Shown here piece after piece: positions 36,962-46,020 of a stretch of 64,000 nt of DNA. This stretch comes from Bacteroidetes bacterium HGW-Bacteroidetes-4 (GTDB lineage Bacteria; Bacteroidota; Bacteroidia; Bacteroidales; SZUA-534), in NCBI GenBank assembly GCA_002840905.1, contig PHDD01000001.1, positions 43,033-107,032 of the forward strand, written 5' to 3'. The notes under the pieces were generated by a model. That model did no database searches. It was not told the DNA's origin and worked only from the letters and a program-made list of their open reading frames with translations. Position 1 is the first letter of the stretch; each line of letters opens with the position of its first letter. The translations under genes and the position numbers were made by a program.

Positions 36962-36998
36962 AAAGGAGTTAAACTTAGGTTTGACTCCTTTTTTTTTT
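36962..36998 (+). terminator. Intrinsic terminator (original tRNA terminator)
   Basis: AAAGGAGTTAAAC-TTAG-GTTTGACTCCTTT + T run. Confidence 0.85.
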
Positions 36999-37209
36999 GG
37001 AGTAACGCTGATTTGCCGGAATCAACAAAACCATGCAATAATTGATAAGCTCAGCCGCCTTACTGCATCTTTATAAATAATCAGTTATTGTTGGCAGACT
37101 GAAAAACATGCCCACAGGCCCAAACAGCCTGTACCCGGATTTGCTTTAACGATAAAGCGACAAATTATCGTTTTAGTGGTTTTTGGTACATTGTTACATC
37201 AGATAGTAG

Positions 37210-37596
37210 CTAATCAGGAAAACCTACGATTGGGTAGTCAGGGAAATTGGTTCATCGCATTACGACAATGGGGAACGCCAGGTGTATGTAATTACCCGGA
37301 CAGCAAGGCCTGCTTTAGGCAAAACACAATTCTTTACCGGGAATCCGTCTGTTTTGGTTCGTCAGCTTAAAGTCAAAAAAGGGAAAAACATTTACTGCGA
37401 CGGCGGAGCCAAAGTAATTAACGAACTGTTAAGGCACAACCTGGTCGATGAGCTGATAATTTCAGTGACACCGTTATTGTTGGGGCAGGGAACCCGGCTT
37501 TTTAACGACGGCCGGCCCGAACAGGCGCTTGAACTGGTAAATACAAAAGCTTTCGACACCGGCTTGGTGCAGTTGCATTACCGGCGTAAGCGCTAA
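37210..37596 (+). pseudogene. 5'-truncated RibD C-terminal/DHFR-family gene
   Basis: After TAG 37207 reads LIRKTYDWV...YCDGGAKVINELLRHNLVDELIISVTPLLLGQGTRLF; N-terminus absent. Confidence 0.75.
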
Positions 37597-37899
37597 ACAA
37601 TAAGCCCGCTTTACAAGGTGCTGTTTTTCTGATTTAAAAGATGGCATAAACTGCAAGAACACCAGGGTTTGGTTGCTTACTCCAAACCTAAGGCTAAGTA
37701 CTTTAAACCAAAAAACTACCCGATATGTTCTTTTGCATCACTTATTTTTTTAGTTTTGGTTTACTGAAAGCAATTGCCATGAACCCAAACAACGCTAATA
37801 ATAAAATATACGTACCCGCTTACTTATTACACTTCTGGTTGAGCAGGATAAGGAGAGTTGGGGTGGGCTTATTTGTAACAGCAAGCAATTGAGAAAAGT

Positions 37900-38463
37900 A
37901 TGAAAACCATATATTTTACAGATAGAAAAGACTGGAGAAAATGGCTCGAAGCAAATTTTGAGACCGAAGATGATATCTGGTTGGAATATCCATTGAAAAA
38001 AACAGGGAAGGAGCGCATCTTATACAACGACGCTGTTGAAGATGCCTTGTGTTTCGGATGGATTGACAGTACGGTGAAATCATTAAACGATGAGGCTGCT
38101 GTTCAACGGTTTTGCCGGCGAAGAAAAAACTCGACCTATTCACAAGCAAATATTGAACGCCTGAAATGGCTTTTTGAAAACAACATGGTTCACCATTCCA
38201 TAAGGAATGAAGCCTTAAAAATAATTCAGCAGGAATTTATCTTTCCCAAAGACCTTATTGAGGAGTTAAAATCAGATAAGGTGGTTTGGGAGAATTATCA
38301 AAAATTTTCAGGGCCGTATCAACGAATCCGGATTGCATATATCGAAAGTGCCCGGAAGAGACCCGAGGAGTTTAAGAAACGTCTCCGGCATTTCATGAAT
38401 AAGACCAGGGAGAACAAACTGATTAAAGGCTTTGGTGGAATTGAAAAATACTATGGAAAGTAA
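37900..38463 (+). CDS. YdeI/OmpD-associated family protein
   Basis: WRKWLE, DAVEDALCFGWIDS, YIESARKRPE. Confidence 0.85.
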   Translation: MKTIYFTDRKDWRKWLEANFETEDDIWLEYPLKKTGKERILYNDAVEDALCFGWIDSTVKSLNDEAAVQRFCRRRKNSTYSQANIERLKWLFENNMVHHSIRNEALKIIQQEFIFPKDLIEELKSDKVVWENYQKFSGPYQRIRIAYIESARKRPEEFKKRLRHFMNKTRENKLIKGFGGIEKYYGK

Positions 38464-38488
38464 ACACTGAAACAACGCATTCTATGCG

Positions 38489-38625
38489 TAATAATTATTA
38501 TTTATTGACACAGTTCAGCGTACACTCCCTACACTCCCAATCAAACTTTTCTTCTTTCATACTATGTCCATTTAATAATTATTATTCATTGACACAGTTT
38601 ATTTTACACTCTCTTTTACACTCTC
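38489..38625. repeat. Two 27-bp direct repeats (84-bp period), each followed by two TACACTC
   Basis: TAATAATTATTATTYATTGACACAGTT at 38489 and 38573. Confidence 0.8.
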
Positions 38626-38631
38626 GGTATC

Positions 38632-38945
38632 GGTCTTCCCAACTAAGGCTCTTGTGTTCTCAAAACCACTAAGGGTCTTCCCAACTAAGGCTCTTGTGTT
38701 CTCAACCCACTAAGGGTCTTCTCAACTAAGGCTTTGGTGTTCTCAAAACCAATTTTGGTCTGCTCAACTGAAGCTTTGTTGTTCTCAAAACCACTTTTGG
38801 TGTTCTCAACTGAAGCTTTGTTGTTCTCAAAACCACTTTTGGTGTTCTCAACTAAGGCTTTGGTGTTCTCAAAATTACTTTTGGTCTGCTCAACTAAAGC
38901 TTTGTTGTTCTCAAAACCAATTTTGGTCTGCTCAACTAAGGCAGG
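38632..38945. repeat. Tandem array of 15 x 21-bp units in A/B alternation (42-bp higher-order repeat)
   Basis: A ~GGTCTKCTCAACTAAGGCTTT, B ~GKTGTTCTCAAAACCACTTTT; one unit is 20 bp. Confidence 0.9.
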
Positions 38946-39060
38946 GGTGCCTGCAAAACAGGCATTGGGGTTCTAATCGACCCCTGAAAATTGCGGTGCA
39001 TGATAGCCAGGTATTCTATGGTTGTTTTGCAGCTTGCACCGCTATATTACGGTGGTATCG

Positions 39061-39915
39061 CAAACCCCGGGTTCACACCCGGGGCTATTACAATGACACC
39101 CCTTCGGGGTTAACCGCTTATTTGGGGGTTGTGAGTTCTTCACCGGACAAAGGCCGCTACCTGTAGAAGGTTTTGCCGACCGTTGCTTGTTAAAGGAATG
39201 CTGGAGTCCAAATTTATAATTGCTTACTCTAAATTGCATAAGCAATAAGCAGACTTAATGTTTTTCCTGTTTTCTTTCAATGATACCAGTAGCAACAAAC
39301 CACAGAGCTATTGATAACAGGTAGATTAAAATTCCATAAAGGGTTGAAATCATCGAAGTTTTAAGACCTCCATACACCATAGCCGGCGAAATATCGCCCG
39401 CTCTTTCAATGGCTGCAAATGCCTAAAAAAACCCAAGTAATTGGGCAAAGATTCCCATTACCATGGCAAACAAACCGATTGATTTTCCATATTCGATTTT
39501 ACGCAAAGCCTTTTCCCGGTTTGGATTAACGCATTGGCCTGACTCCGAACCCTGAAAGGGTTCAACCGGGAATAACATAGGAATAATAGAAATCAGTCCT
39601 TAATAATAGGTTCTAATTAATAGCTGTATAGGGCGGTGCATGATACCCTGGCAATCCCTGGCAACCCACTGCCTGCAACGCTTTGGTTCGTGGGGTTATT
39701 GTTGTTCTACCGACCTTTAACCCCTCCGGGGTTATTCACTATTAATTGCTCATTACTCCTTGGTTGTGAACTGCTACCTGTTGGCTGAATACTGGTGGCG
39801 GCCTGCCGCTTTTCGTGGTGCACGCTATTCTGGTATTCCATGGTTAAATAATTGCCTGCACCGCTTTTTATTCCATGGGTTAAAACCCATGGCTATTGTT
39901 ATTAAACCCGCGGTT
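39061..39915. repeat. Cluster of REP-like palindromes (39065-39110, 39547-39563, 39718-39734, 39873-39915)
   Basis: CCCCGGG-TTCACA-CCCGGGG + ACCCCTTCGGGGT; GAACCCTGAAAGGGTTC; TAACCCCTCCGGGGTTA; CCATGGGTTAAAACCCATGG. Confidence 0.6.
39255..39520 (-). pseudogene. MotA/TolQ/ExbB proton-channel family remnant
   Basis: REKALRKIEYGKSIGLFAMVMGIFAQLLGFF*AFAAIERAGDISPAMVYGGLKTSMISTLYG; in-frame TAG, N-terminus missing. Confidence 0.75.
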
Positions 39916-40004
39916 ATTCGTTATTCACTATTAATTATTCACTCTTCATTGCCCATTGTTCATTGAATTGGCTGTAGCCTGCCGACTGCCGACTGCGGGC
40001 TTAC

Positions 40005-40472
40005 TTACCTTCCAAATTCTTCCTGGAGCAGGGGAAGTATATTCTGCAGGTTGGTTTGTAAGCGGAGCATGTTACTGGCCATGAACTCAAAAATTGCCGG
40101 CCAATGATCGCGATTATGAAAGTTTAATCCCTTTTTTTCGAGATAAACCTGCGCCACCGTTTTATTTGAGTCGGTAAGTAAGTCGTCGTTCCAGATGGGT
40201 TCGGGGTCGAAACCCTGATTAATAATGCTTCGGTACGTATCTAAAAACACCAGCATCGAAAACCGACGCTCTTCGTTTTTGTGGTTTAGCTCGATGCACA
40301 CCTTAATGGTTTGAGCAGCCATATCGAATTTTAGTTCCAGGCCTTTAATGCCTGTTTTGTAGAGCATCCATTTTATGGGAGCACCGTTTTTTTTTTCGTA
40401 GTATTGGGTGTATTTGTCAAAGGTGGTCCAAAATTCCTGACGCAGCAGGCGGTTTTCTTCTTTACTGTACAT
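40005..40472 (-). CDS. DUF4268 domain protein
   Basis: MYSKEE..LRQEFWTTF..WMLYKTGIKG; start re-assigned to 40472. Confidence 0.75.
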   Translation of the reverse strand: MYSKEENRLLRQEFWTTFDKYTQYYEKKNGAPIKWMLYKTGIKGLELKFDMAAQTIKVCIELNHKNEERRFSMLVFLDTYRSIINQGFDPEPIWNDDLLTDSNKTVAQVYLEKKGLNFHNRDHWPAIFEFMASNMLRLQTNLQNILPLLQEEFGR

Positions 40473-41385
40473 GCAAAAAGTTGTTGGCAAAGCTGGCCGA
40501 TAAATAATTGTCGTAGCTCTGGCAGGTTTCGCTGGCAAACAGTGTAGCCGTTTCCAGAATTTGGGCCCAGGCCGTTTTGTCCAGGTGCATCAGTTCCTTT
40601 TCCCGACTTAAATGTTGATACAAACGGAACAGAATTCCTGCCGAAAAGGTATCGCCGGCGCCCACGGTACTGATGGTCTTAATTTTTTTTGCTTCAAGGC
40701 TGAGCTGAAAAGCATCGGTAAACAGTTCTACCCCTTGATTGCCTTTGGTATAAATAAGAATCGTCGGGCCCAGCTTTTTTATCATGTTCCAGGTGGCTTG
40801 TCCGTTGGTTATGCCATAAATGTTTTTAAAATCATCGTTCGATCCTTTAACAATGCTTGCGTGAGCTATATTTTTCTCAATTAGCGGAAACAATTCGGGC
40901 AACTGATGCAAATGGGGTGTCCTGAAGTTGGGGTCGTACATAACAATGCCATTCAGGGAGTTTACCCTGCTTAAAAAAGCATCCAATTGCGGATGCCAAA
41001 GCGGGTTTAAACCGAAAAACGAACCGAAGTGAATCATGTCGTTTACCTTAACTTTAGGAAATAGCAAGGGGGGCGTTTGTTTTGCTTTGTCTTTGTAAAA
41101 ACTGTATTGGGCGTTGTTTTGTGCATCGAGAAAAGCCAAAGCCAGGTTTGTTTTTATGCCTGCTTCGCGGTAAATGTATTGGCTTCCGACAGCGTTGCGA
41201 TGCAAAAAGTCAATTAAAAGTTCAGCTGCTTTATCGCGCGACAGCACGGAAATGTGATTAACCGGAACCTTAAGCCGTCCGAGCGAAATGGCTGTGTTAA
41301 GCATGGAGCCGCCGGGTTTTATCTGGGCTTCGTCCAGATTCTTTATAATGATGTCGAGTACTATTTCGCCAATGGTATATATCAT
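40462..41385 (-). CDS. PfkB-family carbohydrate kinase (fructokinase-like)
   Basis: GEIVLD, PGGSMLNTA, YDPNFR, TVGAGDTFSAG; start MIYTIG at 41385. Confidence 0.9.
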   Translation of the reverse strand: MIYTIGEIVLDIIIKNLDEAQIKPGGSMLNTAISLGRLKVPVNHISVLSRDKAAELLIDFLHRNAVGSQYIYREAGIKTNLALAFLDAQNNAQYSFYKDKAKQTPPLLFPKVKVNDMIHFGSFFGLNPLWHPQLDAFLSRVNSLNGIVMYDPNFRTPHLHQLPELFPLIEKNIAHASIVKGSNDDFKNIYGITNGQATWNMIKKLGPTILIYTKGNQGVELFTDAFQLSLEAKKIKTISTVGAGDTFSAGILFRLYQHLSREKELMHLDKTAWAQILETATLFASETCQSYDNYLSASFANNFLHVQ

Positions 41386-41473
41386 ATAAAAGTGCAATGA
41401 ATACGTAAAAGTAGTGAATGGTTTAATATTCATCAATGAAAAGCAAAAAAACAAGGATTTTCCAATTTTTTTT

Positions 41474-41481
41474 TATATTTG
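41474..41481 (+). promoter_or_regulatory. Bacteroidota -7 element for siaBC
   Basis: TATATTTG 30 nt upstream of ATG 41512. Confidence 0.5.
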
Positions 41482-41511
41482 TCAGATTAAACCGATACAT
41501 GAAAAAGAATT

Positions 41512-42057
41512 ATGGCATTTAACATCCAGGATTGGGTTAAACAAAATAGCAAGGATGAGGTTTTGTTTCTTTACAATGGAGAAGTGTCAAATTCATTTTT
41601 AGCCGATTCACTGGGTACTATAGAAGCACAATTGGAACAGGCACCCTCAAAAGCGCGCAAGAAAATTTTTAATGTATTGGTCGAGGCCATGCAAAACCTG
41701 TATCATCACTCATCGGTATTGCCGCCCGATAGCAGCGAAGAACTTAAAGGGAAATATGCTGTTTGTATTTTAAGTAAGAATTGCGTTGGTTATCATGTAA
41801 TAACTGGTAACTTTGTTAATGAAAAACAAAAAACCTTTTTAGACAATCATTTATCGCACATAAATAAGCTGGATAAAGAAGAACTGAAAAATTTGTATAA
41901 AGAGATTCTCGATAATCAGGAATTTTCTGAAAAAGGCGGAGGTGGTTTAGGCATGGTAGATATAGCGCGAAAATCGGGGAGTAAAATAAAATTTGAATTT
42001 CATAATTACAGCGAAAATTATTATTTTTTCAGTATAAATGTTAATATTGTAGAATAA
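41512..42057 (+). CDS. siaB: SiaB-family protein kinase
   Basis: VEAMQNLYHH, TGN, GGGGLGMVDIARKS GHKL-type motifs. Confidence 0.85.
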   Translation: MAFNIQDWVKQNSKDEVLFLYNGEVSNSFLADSLGTIEAQLEQAPSKARKKIFNVLVEAMQNLYHHSSVLPPDSSEELKGKYAVCILSKNCVGYHVITGNFVNEKQKTFLDNHLSHINKLDKEELKNLYKEILDNQEFSEKGGGGLGMVDIARKSGSKIKFEFHNYSENYYFFSINVNIVE

Positions 42058-42074
42058 CTAAATATCAGAATCCT

Positions 42075-42455
42075 ATGGAACCAATTTCAATTACAGGAAC
42101 ACCCAAAACACCTACGGTACATTTTGATAGCGAAAAAGGAAAAGTTGAGATAAAAGGACGTTCGATACCTGAGAATTCGATTGAGTTTTATAAACCCTTA
42201 GTCGATTGGCTCGAACAATATTTGTCGAATCCGGCCACGCTTACCGAAGTGAATATTCAACTCGAGTATTTTAATACCAGTAGCTCTAAATGTATTTTAG
42301 ATGTATTCAAAAAACTTGAGGCCATCTACAAAAGCGGAAACGAGGTAATTATTAACTGGTATTACGAGGAGGATGACGAAGACATGCTGGAAGCCGGCGA
42401 AGATTATCAATCGATAATTAAGATTCCTTTTAAAATGGTTGAAATTGAAGAGTAA
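42075..42455 (+). CDS. siaC: SiaC-family (DUF1987) phospho-switch protein
   Basis: TPTVHF, GRSIPEN, FYKP, YFNTSSSK, WYYEEDDEDMLEAGED. Confidence 0.9.
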   Translation: MEPISITGTPKTPTVHFDSEKGKVEIKGRSIPENSIEFYKPLVDWLEQYLSNPATLTEVNIQLEYFNTSSSKCILDVFKKLEAIYKSGNEVIINWYYEEDDEDMLEAGEDYQSIIKIPFKMVEIEE

Positions 42456-42470
42456 AAAATAGTTTCTCTC

Positions 42471-42509
42471 AAAAAAAGAAGGCTGTATTATTTGCAGCCT
42501 TCTTTTTTT
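42471..42509. terminator. Bidirectional terminator
   Basis: A7-GAAGGCTG...CAGCCTTC-T7 between convergent genes. Confidence 0.85.
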
Positions 42510-45500
42510 ATATCAGTTTTTTATAGGTAAAATATTCAATCAGCCGGCGGAGTAGCCTGAAGTGCAAGCTAAGGTACAATAAAAGGTTATAAACCCACAT
42601 TACCAGAATGTTTATCCAATAGGTATCGACATAATAGCCAAACAGCTTTTTATTGGGCGCATAAAAATGAGCTTTTATAAAATCATTTTCCGGATTAAGA
42701 TAAATAGGATCAATTTTTCGAACCAGTTGCCCATTCCATTCAATAATGCGTTCCAATGAATTAGAATTGCGGACAAATGTGGTCAGGTTCTCGTTGGTGT
42801 TTTCTCTTTTCAGTTTTAAAAAGGCTTCTTTTTCTTCTTTGGTTTCCTGGAACGAATTGATTAATTCGTCGCGCAGGTTATTGGCCCGGTTAAAGCGTTT
42901 TAAATAATAATTATTTAGTTGATCCAAATAGTTTTCTGTTTCTCTTAAAACAGTTTCGTTAATTTTATCATAATACAGTTGACTGAGCAGGATAAAAGGA
43001 ACCCGGTTGTTCTGATTCAACTCTTTCTCAATTTCGTTTCGTAAAACAGTAAGGGCCTCTTTTACTTTTAGCTGCATTACCGGATTGGTATAATTTCGCT
43101 GGCAATACGATACCTTGTTCATCAAGGTTTTTACCCAGTAATTCTTTTTGTAATCGGCATCGCTCATTACCTTATTGTAGTCGTAAAAAATGGTTTCATA
43201 ATCGTTATGGTTAAACTGATAAACGGCCAGGGCTTCGTAGGCCCAGCGGGCGGTAATAATTTCGCCATACCAGGGTATTTTTGAGGGCGACGATATGGCC
43301 GGGTTCAGTTTGTCGAATGAAATGATTACTCCGCTTAAAATGAGCTGTGGAATAACCAAAAACGGTATCAGAATGTAAATGGTAACCACGGTATCGAACG
43401 TGTCGGAAATATTAAGCCCCATCATGCAGGCAAAAAACCAGGCGCTAAACAATACCAGCCAGTAATTAAAATACATGCCCTGAATGCCCATGATGCTGTT
43501 ACCGATAAACACAAAAATCAAAGCCTGAAAAGCCGAAAGTACTATAAGAATTACAATTTTAGACAGGAGGTAACTGGTACGACTTAAGTTAAGAAAGCGT
43601 TCACGTTTAAGAATTTTACGGTCTTTTATAATTTCTTCAGCACTAACCGATAAACCAATAAAAATGGCTACAATAACCGATATAAAAAGGTAAACCGGCA
43701 GGTTGGGGTTTCCGCTCAGGGAATAACCTGAACTGTCGTTGGTGTAGTATTTTATAATGAACGAAAGCAAAAACGCCAGAATGGGTGCTTCGGTAAGGTT
43801 TATAATAAGGTATTGCCGGTTGGCAATTTTCGAAAGCACGTCGCGGGTAATAAAAACAAAGAACTGTTTAATTTTTCCGGGAATTTTAAAGGCATTTTCG
43901 GGAAGGTGCTGCCCCTTACGTAAGCTTAAAGCCGGTAAGTCGCGATTCTCGGTTAAATGCCGGAACCATTCCTGTGGTGTTTTTCGGCGGTTGTGGGTAA
44001 GGTTTCCGTATTCGTCAATTATTTTTGAATCGATAATGTTAAAAACCTGTTCCGGATTTACATTGCCGCAGAGCCTGCACTCGCTGTCGTTCCAGTTGGC
44101 GTGATGAATTTTCGACTTAAAGTAAATGATGGAATCAACCGGGTTGCCATCGTAAATTAAATAGCCTCCGTTGTCGAGGATAAATAATTTGTCGAACATC
44201 TTAAAAATATCGCTCGATGGCTGATGGATAACTGTAAAAATAAGCTTTCCCTTTAAAGCCAGTTCTTTAAGCAAATCCATAATGTTTTCTGAATCGCGCG
44301 ATGACAGTCCTGAAGTAGGCTCGTCGAGGAATAAAATGGCTGGTTCGCGAATTAATTCAAGGGCAATGTTCAATCTTTTTCGTTGGCCCCCGCTAATTTT
44401 TTTGTTGAGCGGGTTGCCCACCACCATGTCTTTTATTTCATATAATCCCAGGCTTTTTAGTATTCTGAAAACTTTTAAGTTAAGCTGAAAATTACTGGTG
44501 TTGCCAAAGCACAGTTTGGCATTGTAAAAAAGATTTTGATACACCGACAGTTCTTCAATCAGCAAGTCGTCCTGCGACACAAAGCCAATTAAACCTTCAA
44601 CCTTTTCTTTTTCCTTATGAATGTCAACACCATTAATGGTAACTTTACCCGACGAGGGCTGGTTGCTTCCGTTGAGCACGTTAAGCAGGGTTGATTTTCC
44701 GGCCCCGCTGGCGCCCATAATACCAATCAGGCTACCCGATTCTTCAACAAAATCAATTTTATTCAGCCCTTTTATACCACCTTTAAAGTGATATTCAACC
44801 TGTTGGGCGGCAAACTCAATTTTATTGTCGTTTTCGTTAATGTAAAAGGCACTGATAATGTCGGAATAATATATGGGTTTCATTTTTGAATCGCGCAAAG
44901 CCGAGCCCTGCGTTAAAATATAAACCCTGTCGTTAATTATCATTTGCCCGTTTATGTAAACTTCATGCTCGCCAAAACAGCGGGCCAGGTACATATCGGA
45001 AGGTTTAAAATGGACTACCCAGATTTTGTCGTGAAACGATTCCTGATACAAATGGCGGATGCCAGGTATGGTGGTTGTTTTTTGTCCGTCAATGAGCAGC
45101 ATGTTCGGCGTTTCGGGCATCGAATCGAATGGATTCAGCACAAAATCCTTTATCAGGGTAAATTCGTTTTCGGGATAATGGAAAATATCGGCTACGGTAA
45201 GAATAAATTCCAATTCCTGTTCTGAGATTTCCACGTCAGATTTAACAAATTCGAGCAAACGTATAAGTACAACTACTTTTTGTCGCAGATCGAGTTCCTG
45301 ATTTATCTGGGTACAAATTTTCAGTACTTTAACCGAGCTAAGCGAAAGGCTTTTTTCGCGTCGGTTTTCCTGACTTTGTTTTTTTTGGTAAAGGGCGTAA
45401 AAGCCATCAAAAAGTTTTAGGTATTCTTCAACAATTTCTTCGTTGAGTTGCTGTTTAAGAAACGATTCCACAATGTTCCTGCCATTTCTATTACTGCTTC

Positions 45501-45558
45501 TTGGGCCGGCAATAATGGCAAAGAGTTGCATTAAAGCTTTTAGAATCCGTTCACTCAT
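42508..45558 (-). CDS. ABCG-like fused ABC transporter (TerB-like/FHA-like N-terminus, NBD, ABC-2 TMD)
   Basis: GASGAGKST, ISGGQRKR, LFLDEPTSGL, VIHQP; TM helices C-terminal of the NBD. Confidence 0.85.
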   Translation of the reverse strand: MSERILKALMQLFAIIAGPRSSNRNGRNIVESFLKQQLNEEIVEEYLKLFDGFYALYQKKQSQENRREKSLSLSSVKVLKICTQINQELDLRQKVVVLIRLLEFVKSDVEISEQELEFILTVADIFHYPENEFTLIKDFVLNPFDSMPETPNMLLIDGQKTTTIPGIRHLYQESFHDKIWVVHFKPSDMYLARCFGEHEVYINGQMIINDRVYILTQGSALRDSKMKPIYYSDIISAFYINENDNKIEFAAQQVEYHFKGGIKGLNKIDFVEESGSLIGIMGASGAGKSTLLNVLNGSNQPSSGKVTINGVDIHKEKEKVEGLIGFVSQDDLLIEELSVYQNLFYNAKLCFGNTSNFQLNLKVFRILKSLGLYEIKDMVVGNPLNKKISGGQRKRLNIALELIREPAILFLDEPTSGLSSRDSENIMDLLKELALKGKLIFTVIHQPSSDIFKMFDKLFILDNGGYLIYDGNPVDSIIYFKSKIHHANWNDSECRLCGNVNPEQVFNIIDSKIIDEYGNLTHNRRKTPQEWFRHLTENRDLPALSLRKGQHLPENAFKIPGKIKQFFVFITRDVLSKIANRQYLIINLTEAPILAFLLSFIIKYYTNDSSGYSLSGNPNLPVYLFISVIVAIFIGLSVSAEEIIKDRKILKRERFLNLSRTSYLLSKIVILIVLSAFQALIFVFIGNSIMGIQGMYFNYWLVLFSAWFFACMMGLNISDTFDTVVTIYILIPFLVIPQLILSGVIISFDKLNPAISSPSKIPWYGEIITARWAYEALAVYQFNHNDYETIFYDYNKVMSDADYKKNYWVKTLMNKVSYCQRNYTNPVMQLKVKEALTVLRNEIEKELNQNNRVPFILLSQLYYDKINETVLRETENYLDQLNNYYLKRFNRANNLRDELINSFQETKEEKEAFLKLKRENTNENLTTFVRNSNSLERIIEWNGQLVRKIDPIYLNPENDFIKAHFYAPNKKLFGYYVDTYWINILVMWVYNLLLYLSLHFRLLRRLIEYFTYKKLI

Positions 45559-45584
45559 GAGTAGGTTTTAGCAATTGCCTGTAT

Positions 45585-46010
45585 TTATTGTTGAAACCCA
45601 ATTAACAGTACTGCAATTCCCGAACTTTGGTTTTTAGGATCCAACTGAGCTTCAATAATACAATCCATGGTATGGTCGAATTCAAAATCCCAGTAGGAGA
45701 TATTTTCAAAATCGGTATTGGTAAAAAGTAAGTTGCGTTCCTGATCGTAAACCGAGAATTTTAGGTTTCCCTCGTTGGTTCCGCTATAGGCTACAATGCG
45801 GTAAATGCTTTCTTCATAAAAGGTGGTGTAAAACTCAGCAATTTCATCTCCGTTTAAAAAAGCAGTATATGATTGCCCGTCGGAGATAAAAGGTAAATTC
45901 ATATGGCTTTGGCACAGCCGCAAGGTGGAATCGAGTTGTGCTTTTACCGGTGATGCCAGCATCAGGGTAAATAAGGTGGCTACAGATACTATTCGAAGTA
46001 AGGTTTTCAT
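45585..46010 (-). CDS. Secreted hypothetical protein
   Basis: Signal peptide MKTLLRIV...VKAQ; start re-assigned to 46010. Confidence 0.7.
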   Translation of the reverse strand: MKTLLRIVSVATLFTLMLASPVKAQLDSTLRLCQSHMNLPFISDGQSYTAFLNGDEIAEFYTTFYEESIYRIVAYSGTNEGNLKFSVYDQERNLLFTNTDFENISYWDFEFDHTMDCIIEAQLDPKNQSSGIAVLLIGFQQ

Positions 46011-46020
46011 CGGTTTCTGC

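Noticed and set aside
36843-37076. 77-aa ORF or a complete tRNA-Pro
   Set aside because: The ORF spans the att/tRNA fragment and terminator; the tRNA lacks its 5' acceptor strand and D arm.
38505-38621. E. coli-type TTGACA/TACACT promoters
   Set aside because: Spacings are 10, 19 or 22 nt, not about 17, and Bacteroidota use -33/-7 elements.
38632-38945. CRISPR array
   Set aside because: Alternate units are themselves repeats, not unique spacers; 21-bp period; no cas genes in the window.
38734-38976. 80-aa + strand ORF as a real gene
   Set aside because: It is simply the translation of the 21-bp array, with a non-ATG start.
39423-39425. TAG recoding suggested by the in-frame stop in the MotA/ExbB remnant
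   Set aside because: The gene is also 5'-truncated and TAG ends normal genes elsewhere in the window; pseudogene is simpler.
39910-39996. Short heptamer-like repeats (TTATTCA/CTGCCGA)
   Set aside because: Low-complexity intergenic repeats with no further structure.
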